From an uncultured Eubacteriales bacterium (lineage in GTDB: Bacteria > Bacillota > Clostridia > Lachnospirales > Lachnospiraceae), in NCBI GenBank assembly GCA_900548855.1, contig URMF01000005.1, positions 2,724 to 66,723 on the forward strand: a DNA stretch of 64,000 nucleotides, in the 5' to 3' direction. Of this stretch, positions 55,944-64,000 are shown in pieces. Each line of letters opens with the position of its first letter. The first letter of the stretch is position 1. The notes under the pieces were generated by a model. The model was not told where the DNA came from. It made no database searches and saw nothing but the letters and a program-made list of their open reading frames with translations. The position numbers and the translations under genes were made by a program.

Positions 55944-57026
55944 CTAACTCGTCTTTTCTGTTTTCGCCTCAATCCTGCTCCTTAATTCCGTATAGTAATC
56001 TGCATATTGGCGGGAAATCATTCCTCCTTTTACTAAATTTTCCAGTGTAACCTTAAACTCTCTTTCCGGCATCTGTGCATGGCACATTTCTCCCAATGCC
56101 TTCTCCACTGCCTCCTTATATTCCGTAATACTATATACCTTGTCTTTCAATAAAATATTGGCAGCATATATTCTTTTAAAATATCCATTCAGCTTCTCAG
56201 ACTTTGTAATTTTATCCTGCGGCATAAAATTAAGGCATAGCAAATCCATCACATCAGCAGCAGAACGGTTTGAAATGCAGATATCCGGATAAATCGTATA
56301 CAGATGTTTGTACTTTGACTTATCCTTTTTTTCTCTGGAATCATAGTAGTCCGGCAGATATTCCTTGAAAACCCCTGTTACGAGATTATTCTTTTGAAAG
56401 GCTATGTATTCCTTCCGCCGCTCTGCTTTTGCCTCCGGAATATAACCCATATTCCGTATCAAATCCCTGGAAATACTGATTCTTCTTGGCTCTTTTTCCA
56501 GTAAAAGCAGATATACCTTATTGTGTATCCGCCAGATAAATGCCGGACATTCTTTAATCCGGTAAGATTTTGAACAGTCTATTATAATTGGGCGGTGGTC
56601 CTTCCGAATCCGGTATTTTTTCTTTATTTTCTTAAGCATGTGCGCATTATAATGCTCAAACTGCGCCGGTGCATCCTCCTTATCCAGAAGATTCTCCTTT
56701 GGTTTTACTGTGTCCTTTGGTTTGCTCTCCCTATCATCCTCAACCGGATTTTTTTCGACCGATACAGTCCTTACCGTACTTTTTTCCCCCTCACGGTTTA
56801 TCTGCGCCACAAAATCATCATCCACCAGGGTAAAGGTCTGGGAAACCACAAAAGCTCCCAAACCTGCCAGCACACCGAATATAAACAGATAAAAGCGACC
56901 CGAAATACAGGACGCTATCGCCAGTCCTATAGCCAGTAAAATAAATAAAATCACACTGCCTATGCATTTTTTAGTCTCTACATCACCATATCGCAATGCA
57001 TTCCAGATTTTCTTCATTGAAACCAC
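55944..57026 (-). CDS. Hypothetical membrane protein (two N-terminal TM helices plus a ~270 aa soluble domain)
   Basis: 360 aa ORF with no recognisable family. Confidence 0.5.
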   Translation of the reverse strand: MVSMKKIWNALRYGDVETKKCIGSVILFILLAIGLAIASCISGRFYLFIFGVLAGLGAFVVSQTFTLVDDDFVAQINREGEKSTVRTVSVEKNPVEDDRESKPKDTVKPKENLLDKEDAPAQFEHYNAHMLKKIKKKYRIRKDHRPIIIDCSKSYRIKECPAFIWRIHNKVYLLLLEKEPRRISISRDLIRNMGYIPEAKAERRKEYIAFQKNNLVTGVFKEYLPDYYDSREKKDKSKYKHLYTIYPDICISNRSAADVMDLLCLNFMPQDKITKSEKLNGYFKRIYAANILLKDKVYSITEYKEAVEKALGEMCHAQMPEREFKVTLENLVKGGMISRQYADYYTELRSRIEAKTEKTS

Positions 57027-57189
57027 CCTCTGTCATTCTTTGTTTTTATTATAATATATATATTACTTTTTTTCACTAACAATTAATCCATATTAGATTG
57101 CTTTTTTGAAATATATCGGTTATACTGTTTTCATTATGTTTCCTTTTGACAGGGAATAAAATAATTATTTACAATGAGGAGGAAAAAGG

Positions 57190-57456
57190 ATGGATACAAA
57201 AACAACAAGTATTGTAGCCTATATCACATTGATTGGTTTAATCATCGCCCTTTGTGCCGGAGATAAGGAGGGTGCAAGATTCCACTTAAACCAGGCTCTG
57301 GTTATCTGGCTATTTGGATTACTCTCCGTTATTCCATGTATCGGTCAGATTTGGGCTATCTTTATCTTCGTTTGCTGGATTATGGGCTTAATTGCTGCTA
57401 TTAATCAGGAAGAAAAACCGGTTCCATTAATCGGCGGCATCACACTTATCAAATAG
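57190..57456 (+). CDS. Small integral membrane protein (DUF4870-like)
   Basis: 88 aa with two to three TM helices and an HLNQAL motif. GAGGAGGAAAAAGG lies upstream. Confidence 0.6.
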   Translation: MDTKTTSIVAYITLIGLIIALCAGDKEGARFHLNQALVIWLFGLLSVIPCIGQIWAIFIFVCWIMGLIAAINQEEKPVPLIGGITLIK

Positions 57457-57496
57457 TAAATCTACACAAAAGCTTTTATTATTGCTTATGTAAAGC

Positions 57497-57564
57497 GGAC
57501 TGCAAGGGATATGGAAAAGAATGACTTTCACATTGCGTTTTTATCCCTGGCAGTCCTATTTTTT
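57497..57564 (+). terminator. Terminator candidate (long-loop hairpin plus T-run)
   Basis: GGACTGCAAGGGATA ... TATCCCTGGCAGTCC forms a 15 bp stem with one mismatch and a ~30 nt loop. It is followed by TATTTTTTC. Confidence 0.4.
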
Positions 57565-57591
57565 CATTCTCTTAACCAGTTCTAAATATAT

Positions 57592-58428
57592 GTGTTTTCT
57601 CATACATTTAAGAAACATATTTCCGACGGATATGCCATGGTAACATCTATTCAATTCAACTATATGAAATACATCACCCTCGCTCTGCTCCTTGCCGTCT
57701 TTCTATATGGAATACGCAATATCTCCTCCCCAAATGCCATTACTACCTCCTCCTTTTATTCCAACGAGCTTCCCATATACTGTGTCAATACAGATAAGCC
57801 CGTGGTTGCCCTGACCTTTGACAGTGCCTGGGGGACAGAAGACCTGGAACAAATCCTTTCAATTTTAGAAAAACACAATGCACCTGCTACCTTTTTTGTA
57901 ACGGGAGAATGGGCGCAGAAATATCCTGAAGCGATTCGTTCTATCGACCAGGCAGGCCATGAAATAGCCAACCACGGGAATTCCCACAAGCATATGCCCC
58001 AAATTTCCAAGGAAGAAATGGCTGCTGAAATCCAGGGCTGCCATAACACCGTATACAATCTCATTGGAAAAGATATGACCCTGTTCCGCGCACCTTACAG
58101 CGACTGGAACGATACGGTTGTAGAAGTGGCACATTCCATGGGTTACATGTCCATTAACCAGTCGGTAGACAGCCTGGACTGGAAAGACTATGGTATCGAT
58201 TCTATCATTTATACGGTATGCGAGCATAAGAATTTAGAAAATGGAAGTATTATTTTATTGCACAACGGTGCCACCTACACAAAGGATGCCCTTGATGTTA
58301 TGTTAACTAAATTGGAAGAACAGGGCTATTCCTTTGTTAAAGTATCTTCTCTCATTTATACGCAAAACTATTATTTAGATCACACAGGCAAACAATTTTC
58401 AAAAGACACCTCTTCTAATAACGAATAA
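57592..58428 (+). CDS. Polysaccharide deacetylase (NodB homology domain, PdaA/PgdA-like)
   Basis: The motifs ALTFDSAWG, TFFVTGEW and ANHGNSHKHM are the Asp/His metal-binding motifs. An N-terminal TM anchor is present. The track start is GTG; ATG candidates at 57637 or 57664 leave the start uncertain. Confidence 0.8.
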   Translation: MFSHTFKKHISDGYAMVTSIQFNYMKYITLALLLAVFLYGIRNISSPNAITTSSFYSNELPIYCVNTDKPVVALTFDSAWGTEDLEQILSILEKHNAPATFFVTGEWAQKYPEAIRSIDQAGHEIANHGNSHKHMPQISKEEMAAEIQGCHNTVYNLIGKDMTLFRAPYSDWNDTVVEVAHSMGYMSINQSVDSLDWKDYGIDSIIYTVCEHKNLENGSIILLHNGATYTKDALDVMLTKLEEQGYSFVKVSSLIYTQNYYLDHTGKQFSKDTSSNNE

Positions 58429-58544
58429 CCGGTACACTCTCCTTTCCTTATAAAAATTTTTATAGATTACTATTTTTTGTATAAACAGAGAATAAAACAC
58501 ACATACTACCTCTGTAAAAAATACAATAGCAAAAGGAGATTATT

Positions 58545-59117
58545 ATGAAAAAATTTAAAAAGTATCTTCTTGTTACCGCTGCCTGTGTGTTCTGTCTGGC
58601 AATGACCGGATGTGGAAATAACGATAACACTTCAACCAGTGGTAACAACAAAAACAACAATGTAGTAGATGACGTGGCAGATGATGTGGGTAATGCGGCA
58701 GAAGATGTAGCAAACGGTGTCGGGAATGCAGTGGATGACCTTGTGGGAAACGGCGGCTTCGAAAACTACACAGATGCCCACGACTATTTCCTTGACACTA
58801 TGGGTTCTTATCATTCTGATGCAAAATTTGAGCTGCGTGATGAAGACCAGAAGCTGAATGATTACCAGGAGGGCTCCAAGGGTTATCACTTCTACCTATA
58901 CGATACCAGCAAAAATACAAAAGGAGAAATGTTTGGCGAATTTTTTGTAGATGCAACCTCCGGTATGATTTACAAAAAAGGTGAAAATGGTGCCGTAACA
59001 GAATATCCTGGAAACAACAATAATACAAATAGCGGTAATAGCGCCTCTGCTAACCAGAACAATAACAGTAGTGCAAATAATACCAAGAACACAAACAATA
59101 CAAATACGACAAAATAA
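58545..59117 (+). CDS. Lipoprotein with Asn-rich tails
   Basis: The signal peptide plus lipobox is LLVTAACVFCLAMTGC. The mature N- and C-terminal regions are Asn-rich and low-complexity. Confidence 0.7.
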   Translation: MKKFKKYLLVTAACVFCLAMTGCGNNDNTSTSGNNKNNNVVDDVADDVGNAAEDVANGVGNAVDDLVGNGGFENYTDAHDYFLDTMGSYHSDAKFELRDEDQKLNDYQEGSKGYHFYLYDTSKNTKGEMFGEFFVDATSGMIYKKGENGAVTEYPGNNNNTNSGNSASANQNNNSSANNTKNTNNTNTTK

Positions 59118-59135
59118 AAAGACTGGAAAGCATAT

Positions 59136-59177
59136 AAAAGACTGCATAGGTTGTATTACAAATATGTGCAGTCTTTT
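59136..59177 (+). terminator. Rho-independent terminator after the lipoprotein gene
   Basis: AAAAGACTGCA ... TGCAGTCTTTT forms an 11 bp stem, followed by ATAATTT. Confidence 0.55.
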
Positions 59178-59313
59178 ATAATTTCTTGATATTAAAATAT
59201 AAATCACTTATACTTTCATAAAAAACTTGCTTTTTTAACTATTAGCTAATATGATACATATATACGTAAATCAAGAGAACGATTTCACAAGATATAGAAG
59301 GGAAGGAATTCAA

Positions 59314-60963
59314 ATGGAACAGACACCAATTATCGTAATCGGCCACAAAAATCCCGATACCGACTCTATATGTTCGGCAGTTGCATACGCAAATCTCAAA
59401 AACCAGCTGAAGCCTGGCTGCTATGTACCAAAGCGTGCAGGACGTATTAATAATGAAACTGCCTTTGTTCTGGACTACTTCAAGATAGATACCCCTGATT
59501 TAATCGAAGACGTAAATACCCAGGTTATGGATATTGAATACCGTAAAACCCCGGGCGTAAAAGATAATATTTCAATAAAAGCTGCCTGGAAAATGATGCG
59601 GGAGTTAGATGTTGTTACGCTTCCTATTGTAGAACGCAATAACATTTTAGAGGGAATCATTACCATTAATGATATTGCAAAATCCTATATGGATGATTTT
59701 GAAAGCGATGTCATCTCCAAGGCAAAAACCCCCTATGCCAATCTGGTAGAGGTATTAGAGGGAACCCTGGTGTCAGGAAATCCACACAACCATATTATAA
59801 ACGGCAAGGTAATTATCGGGGCTGCCAACCCACATTTAATTGAAAATATGATTTCCAAGGATGACATTATGATAGTAGGCGACCGTGTAGATACACAAAT
59901 CTGTGGTATTGAAATGGGCGTAGGCTGCCTGATTCTCTGTCTGGATGCTCCTGTAAATCCACTGGTGCTCCAACTGGCAGCGGAACGGGAATGCAGCGTT
60001 ATCACCACAAAGTTAGACACCTATACCGTTGCACGCCTCATCAACCAAAGCATCCCTGTCAAATATTTTATGAGAAAGGATAACCTGATTACTTTCCAGT
60101 TAGACGAAACGGTGGAAGCCATTAAAGAAATCATGTCTAAAAAACGTCACCGCGATTTTCCAATCGTGGATGACTGGGGACATTACTATGGCATGGTATC
60201 CCGCCGTAATTTACTTGCTCTCCGCAAGAAAAAAGTAATACTAGTGGACCATAACGAAAAATCCCAGGCTATAGACGGAATTGAAGATGCGGAAATCTGT
60301 GAAATTATCGACCACCACAGGCTTGGTTCTCTCCAGACTATTTCCCCTGTTTATTTCCGAAACCAGCCTGTGGGCTGTACCGCAACCATCGTATACCAGA
60401 TGTATCAGGAAAACAACCAGCCAATCAGCAGGGAAATCGCCGGAATCCTATGTGCGGCTATCCTTTCGGATACCCTGCTTTTCCGCTCTCCAACCTGTAC
60501 TTCGCTGGACAAAGCCTGCGCAGAACAACTGGCAAAAATTGCAGAAATTGATATGGAGGCTTTTGCCATGGAAATGTTTGAAGCGGGAAGCAGTCTAAAA
60601 AATAAAACGCCAGAAGAACTGTTTAATCAGGATTACAAGGCATTTCAGGTTGATAAAATGGGAATTGGTGTCAGCCAGGTGAGCTCCATTAACCAGCGGG
60701 AGTTAGACAATGTAGCCGCACTGATGCAGGAATATGTACCTGCTGCACTTCCTTCCATGCCAACCCAGCTTGTTTATGTTATGTTAACCAACATCCATAA
60801 CCAGCGTTCTGACCTGTTAGCCTTTGGAGCCGATGCAGAAAAATATGCAGCAGAAGCATTTCATGTAGAAGCAGACAAGAATATCTGCCACCTTCCCGGT
60901 GTTGTTTCCCGTAAAAAACAGGTTGTACCTGCACTGGTCAGCCGGCTTCAGGAGGAATTATAA
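59314..60963 (+). CDS. CBS-domain-containing family II (DHH/DHHA2) inorganic pyrophosphatase
   Basis: The DHH motifs are IIVIGHKNPDTDSICSAVAYA and VDHNE...DHHRLG. A CBS pair is inserted after the first ~70 aa, and a DHHA2 C-terminal domain is present. The start is set at ATG 59314 (MEQTP...). Confidence 0.8.
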   Translation: MEQTPIIVIGHKNPDTDSICSAVAYANLKNQLKPGCYVPKRAGRINNETAFVLDYFKIDTPDLIEDVNTQVMDIEYRKTPGVKDNISIKAAWKMMRELDVVTLPIVERNNILEGIITINDIAKSYMDDFESDVISKAKTPYANLVEVLEGTLVSGNPHNHIINGKVIIGAANPHLIENMISKDDIMIVGDRVDTQICGIEMGVGCLILCLDAPVNPLVLQLAAERECSVITTKLDTYTVARLINQSIPVKYFMRKDNLITFQLDETVEAIKEIMSKKRHRDFPIVDDWGHYYGMVSRRNLLALRKKKVILVDHNEKSQAIDGIEDAEICEIIDHHRLGSLQTISPVYFRNQPVGCTATIVYQMYQENNQPISREIAGILCAAILSDTLLFRSPTCTSLDKACAEQLAKIAEIDMEAFAMEMFEAGSSLKNKTPEELFNQDYKAFQVDKMGIGVSQVSSINQRELDNVAALMQEYVPAALPSMPTQLVYVMLTNIHNQRSDLLAFGADAEKYAAEAFHVEADKNICHLPGVVSRKKQVVPALVSRLQEEL

Positions 60964-61025
60964 AATTTAAAAAACAGAAACCTTTCCTGTATTCTTTCAT
61001 ATACTAAGAGTATAGGAGGTGTACT

Positions 61026-61595
61026 ATGTGCCAGATATGTAAATTAAGCAATACTGCAAAAGATTATTTAAGTGAATTCTACTGTATTCTGGATAGAATG
61101 ATACAGGGTATGACCCAGGTTGATCTGACAGACAGCATTTCTTATAACTTTATTGTTCAGATGATTCCCCACCACCAGGCAGCCATTGAAATGTCAGAGA
61201 ACATTTTAAAATACACCACATGGATTCCCCTGCAGAATATTGCCACGCAGATTATAACAGAACAGACAAAAAGCATAGAAGACATGGAAAAAATCAAATG
61301 CACCTGCGGACAGCTGTGCAATCCCCGGCAGGATTTATGTCTTTACCAGCGTCAGGTAAATCAGATTATGGATACCATGTTTTGTGAAATGGAACATGCC
61401 TGTAGCAGCAACCAAATCAACGGGAATTTTTTACGGGAAATGATACCACATCACAGAGGCGCCGTGAAACTGTCTGAGACGACTCTGCAATATGATATCT
61501 GTGATGGTCTGGTGCCAATCTTAAATTCGATTATCGTTTCCCAAAAGAGAGGAATCCGGCAAATGACAGAGCTGCTGCAATGCATGAAATGCTGA
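61026..61595 (+). CDS. DUF305-family protein
   Basis: A duplicated MIPHHQAAIEMSE / MIPHHRGAVKLSE motif is present. Confidence 0.7.
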   Translation: MCQICKLSNTAKDYLSEFYCILDRMIQGMTQVDLTDSISYNFIVQMIPHHQAAIEMSENILKYTTWIPLQNIATQIITEQTKSIEDMEKIKCTCGQLCNPRQDLCLYQRQVNQIMDTMFCEMEHACSSNQINGNFLREMIPHHRGAVKLSETTLQYDICDGLVPILNSIIVSQKRGIRQMTELLQCMKC

Positions 61596-61598
61596 TAT

Positions 61599-62588
61599 CT
61601 ACTTTACAAGATTTGCCTCGGTTACCTGCCCCTTTTCAAAATCCAATGCATTTTGCAGGGTAGTCTGGCTGATGGCGGCCAATGCCTCATGGGTCAAAAA
61701 TCCCTGGTGGGAAGTCACAATGACATTTGGGAAGGATAACAGCCTTGCTGTGATGGAGGATTCTAACAGCTCATCCTCCCGGTTCTCGAACACATTTCGT
61801 CCCTCTTCCTCATATACATCTAATCCCACACCAAAGAACTTCTTACTGCGGATTCCCTGTATTAAATCCTCTGTATTGACAAGGGCACCTCTGGAAGTAT
61901 TGACAAATACTACATCGTCCTTCATAAGTGCAATGGTGTCCTTGTTGATTAAATGATGTGTCTCCTCCGTCAATGGACAGTGCAGTGAAAGCAAATCACT
62001 TTGCTTTAACACCTCCTCCAATGACATATACTCTACAAAATCAAGGCTCTTGTTTGGATACATATCATAGGCAATAACACGCATACCAAATCCTTTACAG
62101 ATTCTGCACATGGCTGCACCTATCTTTCCGGTTCCAATAATTCCGGCAGTCTTCTGATAAAAATTAATACCGGTCAGTCCCACAAGACTGAAATTATTCT
62201 CCCGCACCTTAATGTAGCTTTTATGCAAATGCCGGTTAACTGCAAGGGCAAGGGTCATGGCATGCTCTGCCACCGCCTCCGGTGAATATCCCGGCACACG
62301 TAAAATCGTCATACCATACTCCCTGGTCTTATCAAGGGCAACATTGTTAAAGCCGGCACACCGCAATAAAATCAGTTTAATTCCTATTTCATTCAGCTTT
62401 TCAATGACTGGTGCACTTAAATCTGAATTAACAAAGGCACAAATGGCATCATACCCCTTTGCCAGAGATATCGTCTTTAACGAGATATCGATTTCCTGAT
62501 AGGTAATCTCTATTTCCGGATAATTCTTCAGTTCCTTATCAAAAGATTCCTTATCATAATTTGTAGCATCATAAAATAAAATTTTCAT
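61599..62588 (-). CDS. D-isomer-specific 2-hydroxyacid dehydrogenase (D-lactate dehydrogenase-like)
   Basis: 329 aa. The NAD-binding motif is GIIGTGKIGAAM and the catalytic region is ...VNTSRGALV...VGLDVYEEE...VTSHQGFLT. Confidence 0.8.
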   Translation of the reverse strand: MKILFYDATNYDKESFDKELKNYPEIEITYQEIDISLKTISLAKGYDAICAFVNSDLSAPVIEKLNEIGIKLILLRCAGFNNVALDKTREYGMTILRVPGYSPEAVAEHAMTLALAVNRHLHKSYIKVRENNFSLVGLTGINFYQKTAGIIGTGKIGAAMCRICKGFGMRVIAYDMYPNKSLDFVEYMSLEEVLKQSDLLSLHCPLTEETHHLINKDTIALMKDDVVFVNTSRGALVNTEDLIQGIRSKKFFGVGLDVYEEEGRNVFENREDELLESSITARLLSFPNVIVTSHQGFLTHEALAAISQTTLQNALDFEKGQVTEANLVK

Positions 62589-62763
62589 AGATGATGTTCC
62601 TCCTTCCCAGTTATCACATACTTTACTGACAAAACAATATCTTGTTCTATCATTCCCCTGTTTGTTGAAATCTATACTAGGGCGAATGTATACTATGTAG
62701 CAGATTATATCATTTTTATATCAAATTAGAAATTATGACAGTATAAAATTTCTTCTAAATATT

Positions 62764-62811
62764 AAAAGCACAGAAAACAATCGGTTAATACCCGGTTCTT
62801 TCCTGTGCTTT
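62764..62811 (-). terminator. Rho-independent terminator after atpC
   Basis: AAAGCACAG...CTGTGCTTT forms a 9 bp perfect stem, extendable with mismatches. On the minus strand it is followed by TTTTAATATTT. Confidence 0.6.
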
Positions 62812-62819
62812 ACCATATA

Positions 62820-63233
62820 TTAATTGGATATATATTTATCCCTGCCTCTTAATCTTGCCATAGCTCTGGCAAGTGACGCACGGGATATGTGATATTCCAT
62901 AATGCTCTGTTTCTGCTGAAGCTGTTCCCTGGCACGTTCCAATGCCGCCTCTGCACGGAATGCATCAATCTCCTCCGGCTTTTCAGCCGAATAAACTAAT
63001 ACATCCACTTTATTATGATTTACCTTCAAAAAACCAGATGACACAATAGCTGTCTGCCAGCTTCCGCCCGGCAGGCGGAACCGGATTTCACCGATTTCAA
63101 TGGTGGTGGTCATCTGTTCATGGTTTGCCATAATAGCCATTTCTCCATCGTATCCCGGAAATACAAGCAATTCACACTCACCGTCATAGAATACTTTATT
63201 ACATGCAATTATTTTTAAAGAAAAAGTGTTCAT
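62820..63233 (-). CDS. atpC: F0F1 ATP synthase epsilon subunit
   Basis: 137 aa with a beta-sandwich N-terminus (LKIIACNKVFYDGECELLVFPGYDGEMAIMANH) and a helical C-terminus. It follows atpD. Confidence 0.9.
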   Translation of the reverse strand: MNTFSLKIIACNKVFYDGECELLVFPGYDGEMAIMANHEQMTTTIEIGEIRFRLPGGSWQTAIVSSGFLKVNHNKVDVLVYSAEKPEEIDAFRAEAALERAREQLQQKQSIMEYHISRASLARAMARLRGRDKYISN

Positions 63234-63282
63234 ACTGCCATTCCTCTCCTAATTTTAAATGCATACCAGGTAATTTCGAAAC

Positions 63283-64000
<718 letters not shown>

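Overview
This 64 kb window looks like a chromosomal segment from a low-GC, spore-forming Firmicute; a Clostridia/Lachnospiraceae-like origin is inferred from gene content only. About 85% is coding and most genes lie on the minus strand. I recognised no rRNA, tRNA, CRISPR array, transposase, integrase or prophage module. Well-supported genes include a BlaI/BlaR1 pair, spoIIAA-spoIIAB-sigF, folC, queF, a BceAB-type ABC transporter, an ABC-2 transporter trio with a divergent LysR regulator, a BceRS-like two-component system, addAB, an ECF sigma/anti-sigma pair and topB. Also well supported are a type III glutamine synthetase, a flotillin, a class V aminotransferase, an ECF S-component next to pdxK, a CBS-type family II pyrophosphatase, a D-2-hydroxyacid dehydrogenase and the atpD/atpC end of the ATP synthase operon. 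The candidates worth a second look are listed here. (1) A DUF2935 gene plus a six-cupredoxin multicopper-oxidase locus sits 42 nt behind sigF with no terminator, and is split into two overlapping ORFs inside a cupredoxin domain. (2) An A+T-rich two-gene cassette at 14.5-15.9 kb encodes a helical/Asn-rich/Gly-rich protein and a DUF3592-like membrane protein, preceded by a perfect 20-bp tandem direct repeat; this may be a toxin/immunity or regulated effector pair. (3) An overlapping DUF3990/DUF3791 pair, where the DUF3990 protein shows an H-Y-E ADP-ribosyltransferase-like triad. (4) A 148-bp nested perfect palindrome at 54.0 kb. (5) Two GC-rich intergenic islands at 41.0 and 54.2 kb share a short core whose differences fall mostly at codon third positions. 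All functional calls come from reading the translations and from remembered family signatures. No database search, GC calculation or RNA folding program was run.
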